This document shows, piece after piece, positions 36,681 to 48,935 of a DNA stretch of 64,000 nucleotides. Source of the DNA: Octopus sinensis. Its lineage: Eukaryota. A program made the position numbers and the translations under genes. Location of the stretch: contig NC_043011.1 in the NCBI RefSeq assembly GCF_006345805.1, forward strand, positions 11,098,001 to 11,162,000, read 5' to 3'. The stretch's first letter is position 1. Each line of letters begins with the position of its first letter. The notes beneath the pieces are model-generated. The model had not been told where the DNA came from. It saw only the letters and a list, made by a program, of their open reading frames with translations, and made no database searches.

Positions 36681-37072
36681 AGGCGCAGGAGTGGCTGTGT
36701 GGTAAGTAACCACATGGTTCCGGGTTCAGTCCCACTGCGTGGCATCTTGGGCAAGTGTCTTCTGCTATAGCCCGGGGCCAACCAATGCCTTGTGAGTGGA
36801 TTTGGTAGACGGAAACTGAAAGAAGCTTGTCGTATATATGTATATATATGTATGTATGTGTGTTTGTGTGTCTGTGTTTGTACCCCTAGCATTGCTTGAC
36901 AACCGATGCTGGAGTGTTTACGTCCCCGTAACTTAGCGGTTCGGCAAAAGAGACCGATAGAATAAGTACTGGGCTTACAAAGAATAAGTCCCGGGGTCGA
37001 GTTGCTCGACTAAAGGCGGTGCTCCAGCATGGCCGCAGTCAAATGACTGAAGCATGTAAAAGAGTAAAAGAG
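36681..37072 (+). mobile_element. SINE family A copy filling most of the last intron
   Basis: Family match; ends 27 nt before the acceptor AG. Confidence 0.85.
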
Positions 37073-37099
37073 ATTCATATATTTTATTTTTTTTTCTAG

Positions 37100-37209
37100 A
37101 TGATGTCTTGACTGGAACCCTCACCTGCATGAAGAACAGAAAATCTCCACGAACGCTGGTCGTACAGCTGACCATTGCAGATAGATTTGCATCGTATATT
37201 ATTGAATAA
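37100..37209 (+). CDS. PRMT3: PRMT3 last coding exon
   Basis: DDVLTGTLTCMKNRKSPRTLVVQLTIADRFASYIIE* resembles PRMT3 G..TVHKNKKDPRSLTV. Confidence 0.88.
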
Positions 37210-37344
37210 CTGGGACTAATGCACGTGCACATCTGTGTGTATAAATATATATAAATTTTAAGCCAATTCTTCAATCAATTGTTACTTAGTTTTGCTTTTC
37301 TGCCTGTTGAATAACACAAAATACTGAAAGTAGTAACCATGTTA

Positions 37345-37350
37345 AATAAA
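37345..37350 (+). terminator. Candidate polyadenylation signal
   Basis: First AATAAA seen after the stop codon, about 135 nt downstream, in non-repeat sequence. Confidence 0.45.
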
Positions 37351-37649
37351 ACATTTTGAATAATATCTGAGTATAATGAATATCTGTGATTCAATAGCGT
37401 AAATGGTAGACAAAGAGATGGGGGAAAAAAAACTGATCAAAAGTTGTTGTGTAGGTGCAGGAGTGGCTGTGTGGTAAGTAGCTTGCTTACGAACCACATA
37501 GTTCCAGGTTCAGTTCCACTGCGTGGCACCTTGGGCAAGTGTCTTCTACTATAGCCTTGGGCCGACCAAAGCCTTGTGAGTGGATTTGGTAGACGGAAAC
37601 TGAAAGGAGCCCGTCGTATATATATGTGTGTATATATATATATATATAT

Positions 37650-37848
37650 GGTTAATCCAAACAAGAAAGCACAAAAAAACACAACAACGCGAGGACGTGG
37701 AACAAATATAGTATTATTGGACGCTAAGGAAAGAAGGAGGGTTTAACGTTTTGAGCGGAGCTCTTTGTCGGAAACATAGGAGAAAGAAAGATCCAGAGAA
37801 GGGAAGACAGAGGGAAAAAAATCGGCAACGGTACACACGAGGTCGTGT
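37650..37848 (-). mobile_element. Penelope-like 3' fragment with a decayed minimal hammerhead, inserted in a SINE (TA)n
   Basis: Minus strand GTTT-CCGACAA-A-GAGC(TCC)GCTC-AAAAC-GTT-AAAC at 37741-37775; splits SINE 37453-38058. Confidence 0.5.
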
Positions 37849-38292
37849 TTGTGTGTCTGTGTTTGTCCCCCTCCCCAACATCACTTGACAACTGATGCTG
37901 GTGTGTTTACATCACAGTAACTTAGCGGTTCGGCAAAAAGAGACTGATAGAATAAGTACTAGGCTTACAAAGAATAAGTCCTGGGGTCGATTTGCTCAAC
38001 TAAAGGCAGTGCTCCAACATGGCCGCAGTCAAATAACTGAAACAAGTAAAAGTAAAAGTATGGGGAATCTGTACACCCTCGTGATTGGCTAAGTGAACTA
38101 TACTAGTTAGTATAAAGGAGCATGTGCAGAACAGTTTGCGAAGAGTGTCATATGCACAGTCATATATTGTACAGATCGTAGATATTGTGGAGTGCTTGTT
38201 GAAGATACACAGTTGGACATCAGGAACATTTGATATTATAAGAATTCAGATATAACAATGACAACAAGTCGTACATCATTTCAAAAGTTTAA

Positions 38293-38514
38293 CCCTTTAG
38301 TGTTCAGATTACTCTGTTAAATGTAATACTTTTTTTCACTCAAATTGTTTTGAATTAATCATACATTATCTTACAGCTTTGAGGTTTCAATGGTGTGATA
38401 GTTTATTTTTAGAATGTCAATGTAGGTTAGGTGTTAGGGGCTAGAGATGGCCAGCTTGAATGTAAACCATGTAGGATATTTGGGCCGGATATGGCCAGCT
38501 TAAACACCAAAGGG
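38293..38514. mobile_element. piggyBac-like MITE (second family)
   Basis: TTAA flanks and CCCTTT..AAAGGG termini. Confidence 0.8.
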
Positions 38515-38599
38515 TTAAACTGGAATGATACTAGTATAAGGGCGGTAACTTGTGTTGTAATGTCATAAGTTCAGACATTAATAAAAACACACATATATA

Positions 38600-40096
38600 C
38601 AAGGGAGAAGTCAAAATTTATCCTCACCTTTACCAAATTTCTTTAGGTTGGTTGCACTGCCTTCAGTGCTTGCATGCTAAAAAGTTGTACTCTTGTGGTT
38701 ACATAATGAAGGAAAGGAGTCAACGCTTATACTGTGTAGAAATATGTATGAGTGGATGGAAAAGTTCAAGAATGGCCAGACAAGCTTAAAGTAGAAAGAG
38801 GGAGCAGGACACCCATCAACCTCTACCATTGATGTGAAGGTTCAATGTGCTCAAGAAATGGTTCTGGTGACCTGACAAGTAACCATTGATGAGGTCGCTT
38901 GTTCTCTGCAAATTAATCATGGCTCTGCATATGAAATCATCCATGACAAGCTTGGCCTTTCTAAAAGCCTGTACAAAATGGGTGCCAAGAGAGCTTACTT
39001 AAGTGCATAAGCACAGTTGTGTGGAGACCTGTCAGTGCTTACTTGACCACTACAGCAATGAAGATGAAGTTTCTTTGGAGCAAATAGTCTAAAGAGAAGA
39101 GACCTGGGCTCACACCAAATCAGAATCCAAAAAGCAGAGAATGGAATTGAAATTCAGGATTCAACATTCCATGGAAAAAGTAATGTCAACTGTTTTTTGG
39201 GATTCAAAAGAATTTACACTGGATCATCATCATCATCGTTTAACGTCCGTTTTCCATGCTAGCATGGTTTGGACGGTTCAGCTGGGGTCTGGGAAGCCAG
39301 AAGGCTGCACCGGGCCCAGTCTGGTCTGGCAGTGTTTCTACAGCTGGATGCCCTTCCTAACACCAACCACTCCGTGAGTGTAGCAGGTGCTTTTTACGTG
39401 CCATCTGCACAGGTGCCAGATGAGGCTTCTAAATGGCCACGATCGGATGGTGCTTTTTACGTGCCACCGGCACAGGGGCCAGACGAGGCTGGCAACGGCC
39501 ACAATCAGATGCTGCTTTAAACATGCCACCGGCATGGAGTCCAGTCGGGGCGGCACTGGCAACGGCCATGTTCGGATGGTTCTCTTACGTGCCACCGGCA
39601 CTGGTATCACAGCTACAATTTCCATTGATGTTGATCGATTTCGATTTTTAGCTGGAAAAGGAGTCTACAGTCATCATTGTTGGCTACAGTCAAATGTTGG
39701 CCAACAAAATGAAACCAGAAATTCACACTAAAATTCCAAGTCTATAGTCAAAGTAAGTATGATTGTTACACAACAATGCATGGCCACCCACACCTCTGAA
39801 ACCTTTTGAAAATTGGGTTTTGAGTTGCTGGAACATCCTGCCTACAGTCCAGATCATGCCCTTTCCAACTACCACTTCTTTGGACCACTCAAACTTTCTT
39901 TACAAGATCATCAATTTGCTACAGTCAAAGAAATTTAGGAAGTGGTGCATAAATGGCTACGCGACTATCCATTAACATTCTTCTCTTATGGACTCTGGAA
40001 GAAGTACATTGAAAATCAAGAAGAGTGTCAAAAAGGGATATAATTGTTTAACCCTTGCTTTTGTTTTAATAAATTACAACTTTTGACTTATCCTTG
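38600..40096 (+). mobile_element. Degenerate mariner interrupted by an RTE-tail SINE (39225-39650)
   Basis: TIR-like ends (CAAGGGAGAAGTCAAAA / TTTTGACTTATCCTTG); KWVPREL, LLHNNA and HPAYSPD-like remnants. Confidence 0.8.
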
Positions 40097-40584
40097 CGTG
40101 TGTGTGTGTATATATATATAAATATATATATTGGCCTGCTTGCTTAGCCAGCGGGGTGGCGTCATTTGAAGGTTAAAACAATGCAAAGTGCATTGTGACC
40201 AGCGATGTGTACCAACATCTGCTATCCTGGTCGGTCACGGTGATTTTATATATATATATAAAATCAAATTAAGCAACTGTATATCAAGAAGTTATGCAGT
40301 GGAGGCACATGGCATAGTGGTTAGAGCAGCGGACATGCGGTTGAGGGATCGCCGGTTTGAATCTCAGACCAGGGGATGTGTGTGTTTATGAGCGAAAGCA
40401 CCAAAGTTCCACGTGGCGAACTTCTGCTGACTCTTTCGCCACAACTTTCTCTCACTCTTTCCTCCTGCATCTTGCAGCTCACCTGTGATGGACCGGTGTC
40501 CTGTCCAGGTGGGGAACCTATACGCCAAGAGACCGGCCCTTATGAGCCAGGCAGGGCTCGAGAAGGAACAAACAAAACAAAGTT

Positions 40585-40672
40585 ATGCAGTACAACTGTT
40601 TCAAGCGGATCCATTTAACTGAACATTACAATCATTACATCAGTTTAAATGTAGGGCTATCATCAGCTGCAC
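40585..40672 (-). ncRNA. Type I hammerhead ribozyme motif with extended stem II
   Basis: GTGCAG-CTGATGA-TAGC..ATTTAAACTGA/TCAGTTAAAT..GCTT-GAAAC-AGTT-GTA-CTGCAT. Confidence 0.65.
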
Positions 40673-41685
40673 GAATAGAATTTTAATCAGTTGGACACAT
40701 TAATAGAATTTTACTCAAATACTTTGACAGAGCAAGAAGATGGAAGAAATCCATGTTATTGATATTGTAGCTAAGAATATATATATATATATACTAGCAG
40801 TATTGTCCGGCTCGTGCGCTTGTGCGTTCTATGCATGCACGAATTAAGCTAAACTTGGATGAAGTTCAATCAAAATTCAATTATTTTGGTTTTAAAATCA
40901 AGCATTTAATGCCCTCTATTTTTGCGCTTATGTGTTCCATTTCCTCAATAGGAAGTATGTAGAAGCGTTTCATAAATTTTTGTTTATCAAATAATTGCAT
41001 TGTTGAATTATTCTTTTAGATCAGTATTTCTCAACAGGGATTTCAGGGGAAAAATTTGGTTAAAGTGATTCAAACTGCAGACTCAACGCAAAATGGTCAC
41101 ATTTAATTCAAAGCGTTAAAAATGTTATGAAAACAATTGGTATGTGTTCACAAAGTCAAAACGATTAATATGAAAAAAGCCTCCAGGCTACATCCCGAAA
41201 ATTCATTTCTTTGCCGAATTTCTACAATGTTTACAGCGATTCGTTTTTATATCTCGATTTTTTATTTTTCATGCAATTTACGTGTGGTGAACACAGTTCA
41301 CGTCAAACAGCTGACTGAGTAAAGTTCACTATTCAATGCATGGGATAAGGCCTAAACAAACACATTATCGATTTTTGCACTTGCGAGATGAATTTCGGAA
41401 CAGAAACAGCGCAGTTCAATTTTCATTCGCCTAAACTTTAAGTGACCCATTTTTGGTGGTTCTACGATTTGTTGGCTAGGAGGAGATGTGCCGGGAAATT
41501 AAACACACAGACACACAAGTTGAGTTTTATATATATAGATATACTATTGAAGAGGTTGCAAGAAGTAACAAAAATTTTAGAAAAAAATAAATGAGTGGAA
41601 ATTGAACCGGTGAGTGTGTTAAATAATAAGGCATTAAAATAGAATGACTCTCCCCACACATAATAGAATAACAAATAAAATTGCC

Positions 41686-41721
<36 letters not shown>

Positions 41722-41749
41722 ATACAGAGAGAGAGACACACACACACAT

Positions 41750-43000
41750 ATCATCATCATCATCGTTTAACATCTGTCTTCCATGCATGCATGTGTAGGA
41801 CAGTTGACAGGAGCTGGCCAGGTAGAAGACTACTACAGGCTACTGTGTCTATTTGGCAAGGTTTCTACACCTGGATGCCTCTCAACTGGCATGGACGAGG
41901 TTAGTTTTGGCATGATTTTTTACATGGCATTAGCAATGGCATTTGAGGAGGGGAACTTGTGTTAGAGGATGAAAGGTTGGTGTGACAGAGAAATAGGTGT
42001 TTTGCTATCGGGGAGGTACAAGAAAAAGGGCAGAAACAGGTGTGCTAATGTAAAGGAGATACATGGCTATCCAGCCAGAAAGAAGAGCAAGGGAATGAGA
42101 AAGTAGGAAACGGCAAAAGTGTAAGAGAGAGCAGGAGAGAGATGGCAAAGTGCCAAGGTACACTCACAAATAACAAGGATCAGAGCATAGATGTGATGTT
42201 AGAGTAGGGAAAGAGCAGAGCAGTGAAGGTAGGAAAGGGGATTGAAAGACAATCATAGTTTATAAAGACGAAATGTGGAGAAAAGAAAGAAGCACTTTAG
42301 GAGAGATGTAGTTTGGTTTCTTGGGGTAGGGTGAGTAAAAAGTTTGTTGTATGTGGGTGGGGCACAACGCTTCTAGCACTCAGTTTCACTGACATGGGCG
42401 ACTCTTCTCTAGAACCTTGGTCCGATGTCATTTCCTCCATGAGCCCCAAAATCCTAAGATCGGCCCTCACCACTTCATCCCATGTTTTCCCTGGTCTCCG
42501 TCTTCCACTAGTACCATCTACTTTCAGTGACAGGCACTTCTGCATACAGCTGTCTTTACTCATATGCATCACATGTCCAAACCAACGTATTCTCCTCTCC
42601 TGCATGCCACATATAATCCCTCTTATACCCAACTTTTCTCTCAACACAGTTGTGCTTTGTTGGTCATGCATACTGATGTTGCAAGTCCAGTGGAGCACAC
42701 TAGCTTCATTCCTTTCCAGTCTACACGTCTTCAGCAGTCAGAGCCCATGTCTCACTACCATGAAATATAGCCGTTCTCACACAAGCATCATACAATATAC
42801 CTTTCACTTTGAGAGAGTCCTTTAGTTGCCAATAGAGGTAAAAGCTCTCTGAACTTCCTCCATCCTATTCTTATTCTAAAAGCAATACTTTCAGAGCATC
42901 CACCACCATTACTAATTTGGTCACCTAAATAGCAGAAACTATCTACTACCTCAAGAGAGCCTCCTATAGTAACAAGCTTGCTTCCCAACCACATGGTTAC
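41750..43000 (-). mobile_element. RTE LINE 3' fragment
   Basis: SLEVVDSFCYLGDQIS..FRELLPLLATKG and ERRIRWFGHV..GRRRPGKTWDEVVRADL motifs. Confidence 0.85.
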
Positions 43001-43294
43001 TGGTTCAGTCGGCACCTTCAGCAAGTGTCTTCTGCTACAGCCTCAGGCCAAGCATAACCTTGTGATTGGATTTGGTAGACAGAAACTGAATGAAGCATGT
43101 ATATACCTGTGGGTGTGTGTTTGTACCTCCATCACAGCCAGTGTCTCCTGTAACTTAGTGATTCGGCATAAGAGACGGATAGAATAAGTACTAGCTTTTA
43201 AGAAAAGTCCTGGGGTTGATTTGTTCAACTAAAACCTCTAACATGGTGCCCCAGCATGCCTATAGTCAAATGGCTTAAACAAGTAAAAGAATGT

Positions 43295-43369
<75 letters not shown>

Positions 43370-45789
43370 ATATATATATATAAAAGGCGGCGAGCTGGCA
43401 GAACCATTAGCATGCCGGGCGAAATGCGTAGCCATATTTTGTCTGCCGTTACGTTCTGAGTTCAAATTCCACCGAGGTCGACTTTGCCTTTCATCCTTTC
43501 GAGGTCGATAAATTAAGTACCAGTCACGCTCTGGGGTCTATGTAATCAACTTAATTCATTTTGTCTGTCCTTGTTTGTCCCCTCTATGTTTAGCCCCTTG
43601 TGGGTAATAAAGACACATATATATATATCAGAATATAAATGGTAAGGTATTGCCGAAGTTGTATGAGTAGGGATTAAAAGAATTCACATGAATGGAAAGA
43701 GTGTGGGGTTGGGGACAACAGGATAACAATGACACACTGAGCGGGACAGTGGGGACAAGATTGGGGAGCAAGAAGTAAGCATAGTGCATAAAAAGGAGAG
43801 ATGTAGTTTGGTTTGTTAGGATAGGGTGTGGAAAAGTTTTTGTGGCACGTAAAAAGCACCATCCGATTGTGGCTGTTTGCCAGCCTCATCTGCCACCTAT
43901 GTCGGTGGCACGTAAAAAGCACCATCCGTTCGTGGCCGTTGCCACCCACGCCTGGCCCCCGTGCCGGTGGCACGTAAAAAGCACCCACTACACTCATGGA
44001 GTGGTTGGCGTTAGGAAGGGCATCCAGCCGTAGAAACATTGCCAGATCAAACTGGGCCTGGTGCAGCCTTCTGGCTTCCCAGTTGACCCCAGTTGAACCG
44101 TCCACCCATGCTAGCATGGAAAGCAGACGCTAAACGATGATGATGATGTTACATGTGGGAGGAACCCACAGTACTTCTAGAACTCAGTTTTGCTGAGGTG
44201 GACAGGTCTTCTCAAGAACTTCATATTACCAGACATCTTGGTCTATTATCATCTCCTCTGTTAGGCTCAACATCCTGAGATCGCTCTTCACTTCATCCCA
44301 TGTCTTCCTGGGACTCCCTCTTCCACGGGTGCCATCCTCTTTCAGTGATCAGCACTTCTTTATACACCTATGTTCATTCATGTATGTTCAGATACAGCAA
44401 TGCAAACAGGAAAATAGAACTCAAAAGACGAATACTCTCTTTTTACTCTTTTACTTGTTTCAGTCATTTGACTGCAGCCATGCTGGAGCACCGCCTTTAG
44501 TCGAGCAAATCGACCCCGGCACTTATTCTTTGTAAGCCCAGTACTTATTCTATCGGTCTCTTTTGCCGAACCACTAAGTGACTGGGACGTAAACACACCA
44601 GCATCGGTTGTCAAGCAATGCCAGGGGGACAAACACAGACACACACATATATATACGACAGGCTTCTTTCAGTTTCCATCTACCAAATCCACTCACAAGG
44701 CATTGGTCGGCCCGGGGCTATAGTAGAAGACACTTGCCCAAGGTGCCAACAGTGGGACTGAACCTGGAACCATGTGGTTGGTTAGCAAGCTACTTACCAC
44801 ACAGCCACTCCTGCGCCTATATATATATATATATTTATTAATATTTAGCAGAAGCAACAGAGTGACTCAAGGTCCAAGAGTTCTGTGCATTGACACTTAT
44901 CAAACTAATTACAAGTTGAAGAACTGTAGGTTTATATAGTTAGTGAGACATTTTCTGCTGGATTATTCTAGATAGAATTTTAAATCATAACAATGTCACA
45001 TTCATAATTCGTATTTTTCAAATAGTTTGTTATGTAAGTAAAGAAATAAAGAAAGAAACCTTGTGTGTATCTTCGCACATAAGAACAAAATTTGCACAGA
45101 TATATGAAAGGGAGAGTATCATCATCATCATCATCGTTTAACATCCACTTTCCATGCTAGCATGGGTTGGACGGTTCAACTGGGGTCTGGGAAGCCAGAA
45201 GGCTGCACCAGGCTCCAGTCTGATCTGGCAGTGTTTCTACAGCTGGATGCCCTTCCTAACGCCAACCACTCCGTGAATGTAGTGGGTGATTTTTATGTCC
45301 CAGATGAGGCTGGCAAACGGTCACGATCGGTTGGTTCTTTTCATGTGCCACCGGCACGGAGGCCAGTTGGGGTGGGGCTGGCAACGGCCATGTTCGGATG
45401 GTGCCACCGGCACTGGTATCACAGCTACAATTTCCATTGATGTTGATCGATTTCGATTTTCACTTGCCTCAACAGGTCTTCACAAGTAGAGTTTTTTGTC
45501 ACAAGAAGGAAAGGTATCCATACATATATATACACATGCATACATGTGTATCTATAGGACACATTCATGCACATGTGCACATCTATAATTATACATACAT
45601 ATATATTTATATATATATGATGATGATGATGATATAGATAGATCAAAACAGTTTAATTCAAATTCGTTGGTACTCTGAGTTTCAGATGTGATGCTAGTCT
45701 TCAGCAATTTTGAATTTGAAAGAAAGAAGTTAGTTGTTATAACTGTAAGGTGGGCTGTGATTGGTATATCAGCAACAACAGTTACTTGG

Positions 45790-47080
45790 TAAATATTGCA
45801 TGGTCAATTTCCTATTCACCATTTTCTTTGAGGTGGCTCCATTAGCCACTACTGCCTGACTTCTATCTTTCAGAAAGTCATGTAACCACTCTCCAATTTA
45901 CCCCCGCTTGGAGTAACCACCTGGGTTTGCCATTTCTAAAAGCCAAGAATCACTTTCTATTGAAAGAACTGACCAGCTGTATAAAAATAAACACATTTTT
46001 TCTTTTTTCCTCTCTTCCTTCTCTTTTCCATTGACACTTCTTTCAGATACAAAAGCATGCGCACTCACACACACAATCTCTCTCACTTTCTCCCCATTCC
46101 TCACCCTCTTGTACTATCTTATATCTCTCTCCACCTCTACACACTCAATAATACTATAAAAAGAGACAAAAGTCCTGAAAAAATTCAATCTGAAGACTCC
46201 ACTAGAGTGGACACAAGCGCTAATATATGATTTATAAAAACGTGACATATTAATAAATATCTGTAAATATAAAACCATCCAGATTTCTGAGTACCTTATT
46301 TCTTCTAATATATAATACCTGTACATCATCTCAAAACCTAATATATATATATATATATACACACACACTTTTACAGGTTTCAGCTAGTATTGACCCAGGC
46401 CATATCTAACTTAATGGCACCACCTAGCAAAGTCATTCAAATCGGGATTGGAAATTTCCCACTCGAAGAGCAAGTTGTTTTGCCAGCAGTTGAGGTGGGT
46501 GTGCCTGATTTCAAACTGTTTGTAGATCAATTAACGCAGGGTAGATTAAAATCTCCCATCGTAATTGTTATTAGAATAGCACTGTTGAATAAAACACTCA
46601 ATGTTGTTGAGGCATTCATTAAAGTGCAGTATGGGTGTTTGAGGTGGCCTATACTGCCCAACTACTATCAGGTCATTGGTTTTGTCGTGCACAGCGACCG
46701 ATTCACAGTAGCCATTGGAGAACATCCTATTCCCATCAGAAGAAAAAGAATCATGCAGGAAAATGGCAGTTCCACCCTTCCTTCTGTCGATTCAATCCAC
46801 ACGGATAGTTGTGAAATTCTACACTTCCACATCGGCTTCCAAGTGGGAGTTGTCAAGTTGGGTCTCAGTAAGAATGAAGAAAGGGCTGTGGTGTGGATGG
46901 TTACCAACCCAATCCTCAATGAATTGGATCTTCCATTTTTGTGCTGAGGGACTGACCCTTTGTGCATTGAGTAGAAATGTGGAGGCTAGCATAGTGGCAG
47001 GATTTGTCTGTTGCAGGTTTTTTTTCTGATTGTGTGTGAGTGACAGCAATGTGCACTGTGGTAATAACATATGATGGTAT
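45790..47080 (-). mobile_element. CR1-like LINE remnant (APE endonuclease plus RT fragment)
   Basis: FFILTETQL..VDRIDRRKGGTAIF..YRPP on the minus strand; GKLGEWLHDFLKDRSQAVVANGA at ~45850-45910. Confidence 0.8.
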
Positions 47081-47399
47081 TAAATTATTGCTAAAAGGTT
47101 TTTTGAATCTCTTTTGTCAGGTTCAACATCATCATCATCGTTTAACGTCCGTTTTCCATGCTAGCATGGGTTGGACAGTTCGACCGGGATCTGGCAGTGT
47201 TTCTACAGCTGGATGCCCTTCCTAACGCCAACCACTCCATGAGTGTAGTGGGTGCTTTTTACATGCCAGGGGAGGCTGGCAGCGGCCACGATCGGTTGGT
47301 GCTTTTTACGGGCCACTGGCACAGAAGCCAGTCAAGGCAGCGCTGGCATCAGCCACGTTCGGATGGTGCTTTTTATGTGCCACCGGCACAGGTATCACA

Positions 47400-48935
47400 A
47401 CTACTATTTCCATTTGATATTTATTTTGATGTTGATGTACTTGACTCAATAGGTCTCCTCAAGCACAGCAGGTCACCCTATGATCCAAGGTAAGCACAGC
47501 AGGTCGTTCTGCAATCCAAGGTACTTTGGAAGGGCTGGGGCTATGCGAACTGGTGCAGGAAGTAGCCTGGGTCTCCAGAGATCTTGGTCTTTCGTCATTG
47601 CCTCTGTGAAGCCCAATGTTCGAAGGTCATGCTTGACTACCTCATACCATGTCTTCCTGGGTCTACCTCTCCCTCTGATACCTTCAACTGTTTGGGAGTG
47701 GCACTTCTTCACACATCTCTCCTCATCCATCTGCAGTACTTGACCATACCAGCGCAAACGTCTCTCTTGCACACCACATCTGATGCTTCTTATGTCCAGC
47801 ATTTCTCTCACGGTGCTTACACTCTGTCGTGTGTGCACACTGACATTACACATCCAGCGGATCCTGCTAGCTTCATTTCTTTCAAGTCTACGCATGTCCT
47901 CTGCAGTCACAGCCCATGTTTCACTACCGTGGAGCATGGTGGTTCGCATACATGCATCATACAATCTACCTTTCACTCTGAGCAAGAGACCCTTTGTCAC
48001 CAGTAGGGGTAGGAGCTTTCTAAACTTTGCCCAGGCTATTCGTACTACTAACTTGGTCACCTAGGTAGTGGAAACTATCAACTACTTCTTGTTTCTCCCC
48101 CTAGAGTGTGATGGAATCTGTTTTCTGAGTATCTGTGGTGTCTATTGCTCCTGTGCATCTGCCGCACATGAAAGCTATCTTATCAGTTAATTTTCCTTTG
48201 ATATTGCTGCACCTCTTATGCGTCCATTGCTTACATTGGGTACATCTTATGGAGTTTCTACCTACACCTTTCCTACAGATCGAGCAGGGCCACTTGCCCG
48301 AGGGTGTGTGTGATGAGTTCACCTTTCTGCTTACTATAACTTTGGTCTTTGCTACATTTACTCTAAGGCCTTTTGATTCAAACCTTGCTTCCACACCCGA
48401 AATTTCTTTTCTAGTTCCGGTAGTGATTCTGCTATTAGGGCCAGGTCATCAGCATAGAGGAGCTTCTAGGGGCAACCCGTCTTGAATTCCTCTGTTATTG
48501 CCTGGAGGACTATGATGAAAGGGGACTAAGGGCTGAACCTTGGTGGACCCCTACTTCTACCTGGAATTCTTCACTATACTCATTGCCAATCCTAACCTTG
48601 CTGACAGCCTCTCTGTATAGGGCCTATACAGCCCTTATTAGCCATTCGTCAATCTCCAGTTTCTGCATTGCCCACCAGATAAGGGATGGGGGGACAAAGG
48701 CTTTCTCCAAGTCCATGAAAGCTATGTAGAGGGGTTTATTTTTAGCTAGGTATTTCTCCTGCAGTTGTCGAACCAGGAATATAGCATCAGTGGTGCTTCT
48801 ACCCGGCACAAAACCGAACTGCATCTCATCTAAGCAAACTCTCTCCCTAATGAGATGGGCTATGACTCTCTCTGTGACCTTCATCACCTGATCCAACAGT
48901 TTAATACTGATATTTCTAGCATATCGAGTGACCAT
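47400..48935 (-). mobile_element. RTE LINE RT (degenerate)
   Basis: QFGFVPGRSTTDAIF, DLEKAF, LLYADDL and LHGSETWAVT motifs. Confidence 0.92.

Noticed and set aside
40135-40240. HDV-like ribozyme starting GGCCTGC
   Set aside because: Spacing is too short for P2/P3 before the P1 3' strand; treated as an unclassified repeat (inverse copy near 34600-34700).
46390-46947. 185-aa plus-strand ORF as a gene
   Set aside because: Antisense shadow of the CR1 endonuclease region.
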